Made by a program: the position numbers and the translations under genes. Positions 38,782 through 49,522 of a stretch of 57,295 nt of DNA are shown here, piece by piece. This DNA comes from an uncultured Gemmiger sp. (GTDB lineage: Bacteria; Bacillota; Clostridia; Oscillospirales; Ruminococcaceae). A model generated the notes under the pieces. It was not told the DNA's origin. It saw only the letters and a list, made by a program, of their open reading frames with translations, and searched no databases. The stretch covers positions 1 to 57,295 of the forward strand of contig CAUEKL010000001.1 of assembly GCA_959018215.1 (NCBI GenBank), in the 5' to 3' direction. Each line of letters begins with the position of its first letter. Positions within the stretch are counted from its first letter, which is position 1.

Positions 38782-40440
38782 TCAAAGACCGGCACGGCGC
38801 TCAAGCTCAGTTTGCATTTCTGCCAAGAAATCCTGCGGATTGGCTGCGTTGTACGCAGTCATGTATTCATTCCAGGTGCTTTCAAAATCAGGCGCCATAA
38901 CAACTTTGGGCAGCCATTCGTGTTTGACTTCGCCCATCTTGACCCAGGCAACACCACCGGGGGTTTCGGTAGTCATTGCATTGGAGTAAGAATACATCGG
39001 GAACCAGGGGCCCTGTTCTTCTTCCACAGAACCGATCATATCAACGTAGCTGTCTACGCCGTAGGCATCAAACAGTTTCTGCAGGGGGGTGGACAGGCTG
39101 TCCAGGAATTCGCTTGCCTGCTGGTCGGGCTGCATGGCGTTCTTGCCGTCCCGGCTGGTGCCCAGCCACTGCGGCATGTAGGAATAGTTGCACAGGTGAG
39201 AGGCCTGATAGGCGGGATCCGCGCATTTCATCCGCATTTCTTCGGTGCGGTAATACAGGCCGTTTTCATCAACCAGGTAATCCTCACCTTCAACGCCCCA
39301 GAAGCGAAGATCGTGGATTTCCTGATCCAGCAGATCGTTCATAAACTTAAATGCACCGTCAATATCGGAGCAGCTGGTGGTAACGGCCACGCCGCTGGAA
39401 TTGTTCAGGGTATCGGCGTAGTTGTGCCAGCGGTTTTCCATTCCTTCGTCAATGGTCAGGCCCAGCGGAACGTAGTTGCAGCCCTGCTCGTCCAAACCCT
39501 GCTGTTTGAAAACATCATTGACATTGTACGCGAAGTTCCACCACTGGTCGCACATGCCCAGCACAGCGCCGGTGGAAAGCTTGGCGATGTATTCATCGTA
39601 GGTCTGGGTGGCGAATTCTACGTCCACGTAGCCTTTCTGATATTCTTCGTTCAATTTCTGGAAATACCGCTTGGCAGTGGGCGTGGTATTGTAGTCAACC
39701 ACCTGCATCGTATCCTTGTCTACAATGACAGAGCCGTCGTTGGGATACCCATCAAGGAACTGGGGTGCATTCTCGATGCAGAAATAGCGCCAGTCTTCGC
39801 AAAGTGCCGTGTAGGGAATGTTCTTGGTACCGTTTGCCATGGTGGGGTTGGCATCGGCATAGCTTTCCAGCAGATCGAAATACTGGTCCAGGGTTTTGAT
39901 TTCGGGGTAACCGGCCCATTCCAGAACACGCGTCTGAATCCAGAAGGCTTCATCGTTATGGGTGGTGGAACGATCTTCGCCGTAGGTGTTCTGGAATACG
40001 TTGGCCCAATAAATCTTGCCGTCATCCTGACGGAAGCTGTCCCACTCTTCGTCGGTGTACAGTTCTTTCAGGTTGGGGTACTTTTCCAGGTAATCATCCC
40101 AGGGCACCAGGACGCCTGCGTCATAAAGAGACATCATGGCATCGCCGCCATTGATGAAATCCGGATACTCGCCGCCGGCGATGATTGTGCCGATGGCTTC
40201 TGCGTCGGTCTGGCCGGTCAGCCAGGTCTCTTTCAGTTTGGCACCGGTCTTTTCGGCAATGATGTTCATAATGTCGTTGTCATCATTGATTTCGGAACCG
40301 GGCATTGCGGTAAACATCGTAAATGTTTTGATCCCATCGGACGATTCGGGGGAATCAGAGCCGCCACATGCCGTTAAGCCCAGCAGCATGGCCGCGGACA
40401 TACTTGCCGCAAATACGCGCCGCCACAATTTTACTTTCAT
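38782..40440 (-). CDS. Oligosaccharide ABC substrate-binding lipoprotein (probable xylo-oligosaccharide)
   Basis: Lipobox LTAC, 552 aa SBP, 'WGVEGEDY'; context of GH43/GH51/GH8. Confidence 0.88.
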   Translation of the reverse strand: MKVKLWRRVFAASMSAAMLLGLTACGGSDSPESSDGIKTFTMFTAMPGSEINDDNDIMNIIAEKTGAKLKETWLTGQTDAEAIGTIIAGGEYPDFINGGDAMMSLYDAGVLVPWDDYLEKYPNLKELYTDEEWDSFRQDDGKIYWANVFQNTYGEDRSTTHNDEAFWIQTRVLEWAGYPEIKTLDQYFDLLESYADANPTMANGTKNIPYTALCEDWRYFCIENAPQFLDGYPNDGSVIVDKDTMQVVDYNTTPTAKRYFQKLNEEYQKGYVDVEFATQTYDEYIAKLSTGAVLGMCDQWWNFAYNVNDVFKQQGLDEQGCNYVPLGLTIDEGMENRWHNYADTLNNSSGVAVTTSCSDIDGAFKFMNDLLDQEIHDLRFWGVEGEDYLVDENGLYYRTEEMRMKCADPAYQASHLCNYSYMPQWLGTSRDGKNAMQPDQQASEFLDSLSTPLQKLFDAYGVDSYVDMIGSVEEEQGPWFPMYSYSNAMTTETPGGVAWVKMGEVKHEWLPKVVMAPDFESTWNEYMTAYNAANPQDFLAEMQTELERRAGL

Positions 40441-40739
40441 AATTGGCCTCCTGTAGATAGATTTTTCGCCCCTTGTGGGCTTTCTGATTTAAGTATATAT
40501 ACCAAAAATGTTTTACACAACCGACAAATTCTAGTAAAAACCCCTGAAAATTATAGCTTTGCAAATTCAATGGAAGAGGAAATCGCGCTGAACAGCGAAA
40601 CAATGATACAAAAAAGACAGGCAGTCCCCCATCCTTGAAGTATTTTGGAGGGCAACATGCCTGCACTTTTGCTTGGTTTATCGTTGCTTTTTAAGAATGC
40701 AAAAAACGAAAAGCAAGTGTATGATTATTCTGGTGTGAA

Positions 40740-42347
40740 TTAATTCCCGGGAAATTCAGAATGTGGTTTCTCGGTTTTGCTCTTCCGAAAATGGGAAGGC
40801 GTACAGCCTTTCAGCTCGATAAATTTGCAAAGGAAATAATCCACATCTTTATAGCCCACATCTTCGGCAATGCGGCCAATCCGCTTGTTTGTGTACAATA
40901 GCTGGTGGCACGCTTCGTTAATACGGTAAGAACACAAATAGTTTTTAAAGGACTGTCCGTATTTTTTGCGGAAGATTTGCCCTAAGTATGCACTGTTGAT
41001 ATAGTATTTTTTGCCCAAGCCCTGCAACGTCAGGTTTTCCGAGTAGTGTTCCTGGATTTCCTTGTCGATAGAATCCAAAATATCGGTGGAGATATTTTTT
41101 CGCAGAAGGGAAAGGTAGTCTGCATACTCGCGTGCAAAGCGGAACAGATGCTGTCGGCTCCCGCGGGAAATTCCTTCCCGGAAAGACTGCGCGCTGATAA
41201 ATTGCAGCATTTCCTTCTGGTTGGCTTCGTTGCCCAAATTGGATGCAAGATGCATAAGACGGAACAAAAGATAATTTAAGTTCAGGTTGATATCTTTGTC
41301 ATGTACGCCACGCTGCTGCATTTCGGCAAACAAATGGTCTATTTCGGAGCCGATGCGTTCCTGCTCATTCAGTTCAATGGCGGTAATCAACTGATCCAGG
41401 GTATCTTTGCACAAAACGGCTCTTTCTTGCGGAACCGATAACTCTTCCTCGTAATAATAGATCGATTTTTGCTGGCGGAAGGCGCAAAGGTTTTTCAGCC
41501 CGCAGACGGTATCATACGATTCAGAAACAGTGGTGATATCGTCCACTTTTTTGCCAACCAGAAATCGCAATTCGTGTTGTGTCGAAACACCCAATTTCTT
41601 ATAAAAATCCTGGATATACTGTGTTTCGGAACAGCCGGCATTTCGGGCAAGCGCACCGCTGTAAACAAAAGCAATCCCATACCCAACGCGATCCAGCGAA
41701 GCGTCATAGAAACACCGGCTCCGGTCCTCGCCTAAAATTTGCACACAGCTTTGGTACAGGTCACGCTGCACCATACGGAAGTGGTTCTCATCATCGTCAT
41801 CTTCGCTGTCCGAGGAATGGCAAGCGGAAATTTCAATGTAACGAACGCCGTCCGAAAAATCCAGATGCTTATGCAGATAATCCACGCCGTTGGGATCATA
41901 TTTGCCGAACAGCAACGAGATCAAACACCGGGCTTGATAGGCTAGTTCGTACTGCTCCTCCATTTTGCTGTTTTGCGAGATGTTATTGTATTTGCTGAGA
42001 ATGGATAACAGATCTTGCTTTTCCACCGGTTTGAGAAGATAGTCGATACACCCGTAGCGCAGCGCTTTTTGAGCATAGGAAAACTCACTGTATCCGCTCA
42101 GAATCACGAAACCGGCGTTGGAAAGATTCTCCCGGCGAACAGTTTCCAGTAATTCAAGTCCGGTCATTTTTGGCATCATAACATCGGTGATGACAAGGTC
42201 AACGGGTAACTTTTTTATGTACTCCAAAGCCTCCTGCCCGTCGGACAGAACGGCAGCCACTTCATAGCCTGCGGCGTTCCAGTCAATCAACGCCTGCAAA
42301 CCTTGCGCAATAAACTGCTCATCATCTACGATAATAACTTTTAACAT
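40740..42347 (-). CDS. YesN-like response regulator (REC + AraC HTH)
   Basis: 'VDDE', 'TDVMMPKMTGL', 'YLLKP', C-terminal 'YLGQIFRK...IAEDVGY...GCTPS'. Confidence 0.92.
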   Translation of the reverse strand: MLKVIIVDDEQFIAQGLQALIDWNAAGYEVAAVLSDGQEALEYIKKLPVDLVITDVMMPKMTGLELLETVRRENLSNAGFVILSGYSEFSYAQKALRYGCIDYLLKPVEKQDLLSILSKYNNISQNSKMEEQYELAYQARCLISLLFGKYDPNGVDYLHKHLDFSDGVRYIEISACHSSDSEDDDDENHFRMVQRDLYQSCVQILGEDRSRCFYDASLDRVGYGIAFVYSGALARNAGCSETQYIQDFYKKLGVSTQHELRFLVGKKVDDITTVSESYDTVCGLKNLCAFRQQKSIYYYEEELSVPQERAVLCKDTLDQLITAIELNEQERIGSEIDHLFAEMQQRGVHDKDINLNLNYLLFRLMHLASNLGNEANQKEMLQFISAQSFREGISRGSRQHLFRFAREYADYLSLLRKNISTDILDSIDKEIQEHYSENLTLQGLGKKYYINSAYLGQIFRKKYGQSFKNYLCSYRINEACHQLLYTNKRIGRIAEDVGYKDVDYFLCKFIELKGCTPSHFRKSKTEKPHSEFPGN

Positions 42348-42348
42348 G

Positions 42349-44115
42349 TCACTCCGCCCTTATTGCTTTGTTTAGAGGGAACCGAATCGAAACAAGTGTT
42401 CCAATGCCCGACTCGCTTTCCACCGAGAACTGTGCAGTATCCTCCGTCATCATGCGGATGCGCAGGCAGGTGTTCACCATGCCTACGCGTCCTTTTTCTT
42501 TTAACATTTTCAGGCTGGCGTTGCGCATCCGGTCTTGAATACGTTCTGCCTCGGCCTCGTCCATACCGCCACCGGTATCTTCAATTTCCATGCAAAGCGC
42601 ATCGTTTTCTGTATACACGCGTACAAAAATCCAACCGGGAGAAGATTTTGCTTCAATACCGTGCACACAGGCATTTTCCACAAAGGTGGTAATGGTCAAT
42701 TTCGGAACCAGGATGTTCTGGCAATCTTCCTGCGCATTGATTTGATACGAAAGGCGCTCCCCGAAGCGATATTTTTGCAAGGCCAGGTACGCTTCAACAA
42801 ACGCCAGCTCACGCTTAATGGTATTGGAATCCGAGGACCAATCCACGTTTTGGCGCGCCATTATGGCCAATTTCTGTACCATATCGGCGGTTTCTTCTTC
42901 TTTTTTCAGGATGCTGTGCATACGGATGCTTTCCAGTGCGTTGAACAGAAAATGGGGATTGATTTGGCTGTATAAAGCCATCAGCTCTGCGTTCTGCCGG
43001 GCAATATCCATCTCCTGCTCTTTCAGTCGGCATCGGTAGACGGTGTCAATCAGGCTGTTCATCCGGTCAGCCATGCGGTTGTAGTTGTCCATCAGACTGC
43101 CGATCTCATCTTGACCGCTTGGCCCGGAAATCTTGATCAACACGTCGCTGTCTATCTGGTTGAAGACTTTTTCCAGACGGAAAAGACGAGAAGTAATGGA
43201 ATTCTCCAGCAGATTCATCAAAAGCTGCGGGGGAATAATGTTCAGGATCAGCAGCAGGATCAGGATATGGATGTTTTGGCGAATCAGGGCTAAAACGTTG
43301 CCGCTTGGTTCCATCACATAGATGTCCAGATCTTCCCTGTAAAGGGTAAAATGCTGGGACAAGCCTACCGAATCAGACGGGGAGAATGTGTCATAAGGCT
43401 GCCAACGATAATTGGGCATTGCGTTCGTAAGCAAAATCCGGTTACCGCTGCATACATAAACTGAATAGTTGTACCCCATGTTCTGGAAATCGCGGTCCAG
43501 CGTGCCGTAATTGATTTCAATACACAAAAGGCGCTCCGCCTTATCGCTGTAAAGGCTATTCATCCCACGTAAAAACAACACCTGGCGCCCATCTGTTTCA
43601 TCATAAGAAAAAAGAAGCCGCGGGCTGTAGCCATCCGCAGTATACTGCTGATACCAGGGTTCCTGCGAAACGGTGGATAACCGTGCAAATTCACTGCCGT
43701 TTATCAGGGTTTCATTGTCTGCATACACCCGTATGACAGAATTTGTGATTCGGGAAACGCCTTGCAGTAAAGAATTTTGGATGTATTCTCTGTAGCCTGA
43801 AAAGTAATCTTCAGGGCTGTCATATTGGCGGCTTACAAACTCTTGGAGAGAGTTGTCCATATAAAGGCTGGTAGAAATCAGCGCGGAATCTTCTGTGGCG
43901 GCGGAAAGCATCGACTGCACTGATTTGGCTATTTTTTCCATCTGGTGCAGCTGCTCGGCATGCTCGTTCTTGGTTAATGCATGTAAAATTACAATATCGG
44001 TCAAAAATATGGGGACCAGAATACATAAAAAATAAAGATATCGAAGTTTTTTCTTCAGGCTTAAGTTATTGAGAAAACTCTCCAGCTTGATTCTGACACG
44101 ATGAAACCGGTTCAT
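42349..44115 (-). CDS. YesM-like sensor histidine kinase
   Basis: HAMP 'DEIGSL', 'QINPHFLFNALESI', 'VENACVHG', 'DTGGGM'. Confidence 0.92.
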   Translation of the reverse strand: MNRFHRVRIKLESFLNNLSLKKKLRYLYFLCILVPIFLTDIVILHALTKNEHAEQLHQMEKIAKSVQSMLSAATEDSALISTSLYMDNSLQEFVSRQYDSPEDYFSGYREYIQNSLLQGVSRITNSVIRVYADNETLINGSEFARLSTVSQEPWYQQYTADGYSPRLLFSYDETDGRQVLFLRGMNSLYSDKAERLLCIEINYGTLDRDFQNMGYNYSVYVCSGNRILLTNAMPNYRWQPYDTFSPSDSVGLSQHFTLYREDLDIYVMEPSGNVLALIRQNIHILILLLILNIIPPQLLMNLLENSITSRLFRLEKVFNQIDSDVLIKISGPSGQDEIGSLMDNYNRMADRMNSLIDTVYRCRLKEQEMDIARQNAELMALYSQINPHFLFNALESIRMHSILKKEEETADMVQKLAIMARQNVDWSSDSNTIKRELAFVEAYLALQKYRFGERLSYQINAQEDCQNILVPKLTITTFVENACVHGIEAKSSPGWIFVRVYTENDALCMEIEDTGGGMDEAEAERIQDRMRNASLKMLKEKGRVGMVNTCLRIRMMTEDTAQFSVESESGIGTLVSIRFPLNKAIRAE

Positions 44116-44296
44116 ACAAAGCTCCTTACCGGTGAATGTCGCAAAAGGACCTTGCTATTTTTAGCGGTGCAAAGTATAATGCCAGTATAATTCAGCCGCA
44201 GAACCATTGTCAATCAAATAACAGATTGAATAGTGTACAATCTGAATCGCTGTTTTTGGTGAATATTTACATCCTGAAAAAAAGGAGGAGAACTCA

Positions 44297-44989
44297 TTGA
44301 GAGGCGTTTTTAATCCGGACAGCCCCCTGATGCGCGCCCTGGGCGTTGTGTGGGATCTTATTGTCCTGAATCTGCTGTTCCTGGTTTGCTGCATTCCGGT
44401 GGTCACCATTGGCCCTGCCATCACGGCTTTACATTATGTCACCACAAAAATGGCGGGTGAAAAAGACGGCACTCCGGTGGTCGGCAATTTTTTCAAGTCA
44501 TTCCGGGCAAATTTCCGCCAGGGCGTACTGATGGGAATTCTTTTTGGGGCCGCAGGGGGATTTTTGGGCTATGATATCTATCTTCTATGGCATTCTGGGA
44601 ATTTCCAAAACAGCATCTTGAAGATTTTGATTCCCGTGGCAGCAATCGCTTATATGATGACCTTCGTATATGCTTTCCCGCTGCTTGCAAGATTCAACAA
44701 TACGGTTTTAGGTACCATACGGAATGCGTTTATCATGTCTGTGACCTCTTTGCCCAAAACCTTTTCCATGTTGTTGTTGATAGGCGCATGTGTAGCATTT
44801 ACCCTGTATACACAGACCACATTGCGCTATGGACTGTTTTTGTGGTTTGTGCTGGGGTTCTCTTCGATCGCTTATGCAAATGCATTTGTTTTAAATGGCG
44901 TTTTCATGAAGTGCTCGGAGCAGTACTCTTCTCAGATAAATCAGGAGCAGTCTCAGGATACTACGGAGAATTCAGACGGCAAAAAGTAA
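44297..44989 (+). CDS. YesL/DUF624-family membrane protein
   Basis: 'LNLLFLVCCIPVVTIGPA', 'FFKSFRANFRQ'; TTG start after aggagg. Confidence 0.88.
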   Translation: MRGVFNPDSPLMRALGVVWDLIVLNLLFLVCCIPVVTIGPAITALHYVTTKMAGEKDGTPVVGNFFKSFRANFRQGVLMGILFGAAGGFLGYDIYLLWHSGNFQNSILKILIPVAAIAYMMTFVYAFPLLARFNNTVLGTIRNAFIMSVTSLPKTFSMLLLIGACVAFTLYTQTTLRYGLFLWFVLGFSSIAYANAFVLNGVFMKCSEQYSSQINQEQSQDTTENSDGKK

Positions 44990-45010
44990 CCGTTTGACGG
45001 CATAGAATAA

Positions 45011-45050
45011 AGCAGAAGAGCGCGGGAGTCATCTCCGGCGCTCTTTTGCT
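45011..45050. terminator. Bidirectional terminator
   Basis: agcagaagagcgcggga..tccggcgctcttttgct between convergent genes. Confidence 0.7.
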
Positions 45051-45062
45051 TTGGTCTGGAAA

Positions 45063-46565
45063 TCAGGCTTTCAGAGTAAAGGCAGCAACGCTGCATGCGG
45101 GCAAGAGGGAAGTAAAGCTGTTGGTACCAACAGTTATGTTTGTCAACGCCTTCGGCTCGACTTGATGGGGATTATCGAACGTATTGTAGGCAGCCGCGCC
45201 GGCACCATCACCGCTAAGCACCTGACCGGTGATGGAAGTAAACTTGCTCAGGCCATCCCAGTGAATTTCAACAGGCACAGAGGAATGATCGCTGAGGTTG
45301 ACGACGGTAACCAGCACATTGCCATTATGGTCTTCACTGGCGGAAACGTGCAAATTGGGAACCTTGCAGTCTGCCCCGTCTGCACCGATGAGCGCTGTTT
45401 CTGCGTAAGTTTCCAGCTGGCGAGCCCCCTGGTGGCCTTTGAACATATGGAACACGTGATACGTGGGCGTGCAAAGCATCCGCGGCCCGTCGGTAAGAAG
45501 CATAGCCTGCAACACATTGACCGTTTGTGCAATGTTGGCCATGACGACGGAATCACAATGATCGCCAAAGATGTTCAGGTTGACTGCAGCGACCAGGGCA
45601 TCCCGCATAGCGTTTTGCTGGTACAGGAAATGGGGGTTGGTTCCTTCCTCCACATCAAGCCATGTACCCCATTCATCAATTACAAGCCCCAGATTTTTGT
45701 TGGGGCAGGCCTGCCGCATCCGTGCGGTGTGGTTTTCAATCAACCCTTTCATCTGAAGAGCTTTATACATGGTAATATAATACTCTTCGCGGCTGAACTT
45801 GGTGGCAGAGCCTTTGTGCTCCCATTCGCTGCCGGGAATGGTGTAGTAATGCAGGCTTAAAGCGTCCACCAGCGCCCCGGTCAGTTCAGCAACCCGTTGC
45901 GTCCAATCGTAGTTGAAATCACAGGCGCCGCTTGCAATTTTGTAAATCTTGTGGGAAGGATCGTAGTCCCGCAGGAAACTGGCATACTGACGGCACAGAT
46001 CGGAGTAGTAGTCTGCGCGCATATTGCCGCCGCCGCCCCACATTTCGTTGCCGATTCCCCAGTACTTTACGTTCCAGGGTGCATCCTGACCGTTTTGCCG
46101 CCGCAAGTCGGCCATGGGGGAAACGCCGGGCATGTTGCAATATTCGACCCAGTCGCACATTTCCTGTACAGTGCCGGTACCTACATTTCCGTTGATGTAT
46201 GCTTCGCATCCCAACTGACGGCACAGCTCCATAAATTCATGGGTGCCAAAGGAATTATCCTCCCGTACACCACCCCATGTGGTATTGATCAGCGTCTTAC
46301 GGGAAGACTTGGGACCGATGCCGTCCTGCCAGTGATAGGTGTCTGCAAAACAACCGCCCGGCCACCGAAGGACGGGAATATCCAGCTCTTTGAGAGCATT
46401 GACAACATCGGTGCGCATTCCATTCTGGTTGGGAATCTCGGAATCTTCGCCTACATACAGGCCGCCGTAAATGCAGCGCCCCAGATGTTCGGCAAAATGC
46501 CCGTAGATGTTTTTATTGATGGTGCCGACAGAGCGGTTGCCGTTAATGAAAATCAACATTGACAT
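45063..46565 (-). CDS. GH51 alpha-L-arabinofuranosidase
   Basis: 'YGHFAEHLGRCIYGG', 'RWPGGCFAD', 'GIGNE', 'DEWG'; ATG 46565 after aggagg. Confidence 0.94.
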   Translation of the reverse strand: MSMLIFINGNRSVGTINKNIYGHFAEHLGRCIYGGLYVGEDSEIPNQNGMRTDVVNALKELDIPVLRWPGGCFADTYHWQDGIGPKSSRKTLINTTWGGVREDNSFGTHEFMELCRQLGCEAYINGNVGTGTVQEMCDWVEYCNMPGVSPMADLRRQNGQDAPWNVKYWGIGNEMWGGGGNMRADYYSDLCRQYASFLRDYDPSHKIYKIASGACDFNYDWTQRVAELTGALVDALSLHYYTIPGSEWEHKGSATKFSREEYYITMYKALQMKGLIENHTARMRQACPNKNLGLVIDEWGTWLDVEEGTNPHFLYQQNAMRDALVAAVNLNIFGDHCDSVVMANIAQTVNVLQAMLLTDGPRMLCTPTYHVFHMFKGHQGARQLETYAETALIGADGADCKVPNLHVSASEDHNGNVLVTVVNLSDHSSVPVEIHWDGLSKFTSITGQVLSGDGAGAAAYNTFDNPHQVEPKALTNITVGTNSFTSLLPACSVAAFTLKA

Positions 46566-46657
46566 AGCCTCCTGAATGTGTGGTCCAGTAAACTGCGGTT
46601 CATGGAAAAAAGCAAACCGAAGGGGAAGGAAAAAAATCGTTTTTTCGGTAGGGTACA

Positions 46658-47824
46658 TTATACCGTTGCTTCTTGCGGGAACCAGATGCGGTAATGCCCG
46701 CTTAAAGCAAGCAGCGCAAAAAGATACAGGCAATTGTCATAATAACGCCGCGGTCCGGAACGGAGCGGAGTGCTAAAGAACCGGCGGAGCCATTCATCCG
46801 CGCAGGCGTCATCCAGAATCAGGGAACCCTGCGCAATGGTAGCCAGAAGCCCTACAGGATGCAGAGCATTTCCTTCAACGGGTGTGCCGTCGATCAGATA
46901 GATGCCGTTTGTTTGCCCGTGTTCCTTTTCTTCAAAAAATTGCTGAATATGTGCAGCTGTTTCTTGGGCCCAACCGTCTTTGTCCCCGAACCATTGGGCA
47001 TCCAAAGCAATGTTGCCCAACGTGCGGTATGCATCGCTGAAGAACCAGTCGTGACGGTCCGGCTGATCACCCCGATGCGGGCGGCCGTCGTACTCGGCAT
47101 ATTCGGCACTCAATCCGGTACGGGCGTGGCAGGCTTTGCGCAGGTACTGGCGGCTGGCCGCTGCGGCTGCATGCCAGAAAGGACGGTCGCATTCGTCGCT
47201 CCACAGAGCAAAAAGTTCATAGAAATGCGGCAAATGATAAGAGGGATCGGTAAATTCACAGTTGGGAACGAATTTGATGAGATGGTTTTCGGGGTTCCAC
47301 ATGGGAAATCCGGAACCGGCTTCTTCGCCTTTGTGTACACATGTGTGCAAGATGCGCCGTGCCCAGGAAGCGTAATCCAGTACCCCTTCGCCGGAACCCC
47401 AGCGGTTGGCTGCAAAAAACAGGGACATGGCAAAAAATTCTTCGCCGTCAGGGGCGGGTCCATCGGAATTTTTGCTGCCGTCAGTATGACAGGACCAGGC
47501 AAAATAGCCGGCGTTTTCCCCTTCGGTGAGGTACATGTGGGTCACGACCCATCGCCACAGGCAGTCGAATTCCTTCTGGCGATTCATTTGTACGCAGAAC
47601 ATCATTGCGTAGGACATGCCCTCGGTACGGACGTCATGGTTCCCCGTATCCTCTATGTACATCATGTCAGGTCCGGCAAAATGGCAAAGGCGAACCCCCT
47701 CCGGACCATAGAACATCTCCTCAAATGTGCTTTCCAGCTTGTTGTCAATTTCGGCCTGCGAATATCCAAGGCGTTCCAGTCTGTTTAAATATTGCCCGCT
47801 ATAGTAGGCACCTTCCATAATCAT
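46658..47824 (-). CDS. GH8 reducing-end xylose-releasing exo-oligoxylanase (Rex-like)
   Basis: 'DVRTEGMSY', 'PAPDGEE', 'TDPSYHLPHFY', 'SDAYR', 'RYYDNCLYLFALLALSGHYRIW'; no signal peptide. Confidence 0.9.
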   Translation of the reverse strand: MIMEGAYYSGQYLNRLERLGYSQAEIDNKLESTFEEMFYGPEGVRLCHFAGPDMMYIEDTGNHDVRTEGMSYAMMFCVQMNRQKEFDCLWRWVVTHMYLTEGENAGYFAWSCHTDGSKNSDGPAPDGEEFFAMSLFFAANRWGSGEGVLDYASWARRILHTCVHKGEEAGSGFPMWNPENHLIKFVPNCEFTDPSYHLPHFYELFALWSDECDRPFWHAAAAASRQYLRKACHARTGLSAEYAEYDGRPHRGDQPDRHDWFFSDAYRTLGNIALDAQWFGDKDGWAQETAAHIQQFFEEKEHGQTNGIYLIDGTPVEGNALHPVGLLATIAQGSLILDDACADEWLRRFFSTPLRSGPRRYYDNCLYLFALLALSGHYRIWFPQEATV

Positions 47825-48356
47825 TTCAGCTCCTTCTGGACCGTGTAAGAGGTAACCGGTTTACGCGGTCTACTGATTTTGTGACTCACTATAGCAGGTT
47901 TTCTATTTTGAAACAAGCGCAAAAAGAGCGAAAAACGTTATGAAATCCAAAACCGCGAGGAATATAGCAAGAAATGAGAAAAGGCACTTTGTAAAAACAC
48001 CTTTTGCCAGAAGCCGAAAAATGGACGGGAACAGCAACATTTGCAAATCTTCTTTTTTCATTTCGATTTCCTAGATATAGTGGGCAGAAATTCTCCATTC
48101 AAAAAGCAAGAGCCCCATGCAACAACAGTACAAAAAAGAATTGCTTACAGATGCACATGTTTTTTTGAGGAAACAATGACAGTGATTAAAAATTGCTAAC
48201 TTTATGCGTATGCCCCCAGATGCGGACAGAAAAATAAAAAAGCAAAATACAAGGAAACGTATAGCAAAAAATGAGAAGCACCACCGCGGTATAAGGCTTT
48301 ATGATAAAGAAAAATAGCGCAACTCAAAAAGTTTATCATGAGAAGGTGTGCCTGAG

Positions 48357-48749
48357 ATGCGTGATCAACGAATTGCTCCACGGGATCCCATCCCCCAACG
48401 AGAGGCTCTGTATATCCTGGTAGATAAGCCCGTTGGTGGCGGAGGCTCCGATGCCGAATCCAATCGATTCCCTGTTTTCTTGAACGATGAGCGTTTGGTA
48501 ACATTCGCAAAAATCGTGGGTGGCGTTCAGGACGAGAACATTCTGCAAATGCCGCAGACAGCTAAAGGCTTCCGCCGGTTGGTTCACAGCATTGGTGTGA
48601 GCGTTGTCAGTGATGCGCCTGATAAAGCGGTCGTCTTTAGCATGTATTTTTCGGGGGAACATGGCACAGAAGGAGGCAGCGGCAAGATTTCTCTGCGTAC
48701 CAACGGCGTCGAAACAATCCTGGAAATGGCTTGCGTAGGCGACACTTAG
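48357..48749 (+). pseudogene. Probable 3'-truncated gene; resembles the N-terminus of Lachnospiraceae SGNH/GDSL hydrolases
   Basis: 'APRDP...RLVTFAKIVG...GFRRLVHSIGVSV' recalled from that family, not searched; no GDS catalytic motif before the stop. Confidence 0.45.
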
Positions 48750-48786
48750 AATCAGGCGGGAAAGAGGCAGTTCCCCAAGGTACGAA

Positions 48787-49413
48787 TCACGGTTTCTTCC
48801 TGGGCTTTGGCGCCACCGCGGCGATCATGGCGTAGTGCTCTTTACTCTTTCTTGTGATGCTGTTGTAATCCTCGGAGGTGAGGAACTCCAGCAGCCACTC
48901 CTTGGGCACCTTATAGGTGTGCTGGTAGGGGAAAGCCTTGAGCCTCCCCTCGGCACACCAGCGGCTGACGGTGCGGGAGGCGTAGCCGGTGATGCGGGCG
49001 ATCTGGTGGGCGTCCAGCACGTCGGGCTGGCGGACCAGCAGCTGCTCGTACCAGCGGCGCACACGCTGACGGGTGGCGTCGGTGAGCAGCAGCGCACCGT
49101 TCAGGCTGAAGGCCGGGGGCTTGTGGGACGGGTAGTTCTTGTACCAGCCGCTGGGCGGGGTGTAGTATGCCGGCTCCGCCAGGCGGCGGCGCAGGTAGGC
49201 GGCCACGTCCGCCTTGGCAATTTTATAGCAGCGGGTCTGCTTGCCGGTGTTCTCGCAGGGCACCAGGCCGCTTTGCAGCAGGTAGAGCGAGGTGCGGGTG
49301 CCGATGCGGCAGGCTTTGCGGAAGTCGGTGCGGCCCATGGGGTCGGGATAAGGGGCTAGCAGGTCCTGGATCTCCCGCTCGAGGGTGTCCTGAAAGAGAT
49401 TGTTTTTCTTCAT
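48787..49413 (-). CDS. Tandem helix-turn-helix (excisionase-like) DNA-binding protein
   Basis: Two similar units 'YPDPM...CRIG...LLQSGLVP...YKIAK' and 'PDVL..HQIARITGY...W...GRLK...YKVPKEWL'; ATG 49413 after aaaggag. Confidence 0.72.
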   Translation of the reverse strand: MKKNNLFQDTLEREIQDLLAPYPDPMGRTDFRKACRIGTRTSLYLLQSGLVPCENTGKQTRCYKIAKADVAAYLRRRLAEPAYYTPPSGWYKNYPSHKPPAFSLNGALLLTDATRQRVRRWYEQLLVRQPDVLDAHQIARITGYASRTVSRWCAEGRLKAFPYQHTYKVPKEWLLEFLTSEDYNSITRKSKEHYAMIAAVAPKPRKKP

Positions 49414-49522
49414 TTTTGGGGTTCTCCTTTGTTTTGAATTTGGACCCGGAGAACCGCTGTGCTTTCCACTTAAACTATACAAATTGTTGAATACCGGAAA
49501 AATACTGCACGAAATCGGCCCG

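Noticed and set aside
47851..47865. cre/LacI-like palindrome gtaaccggtttac upstream of GH8
   Set aside because: Single imperfect match; too weak to call
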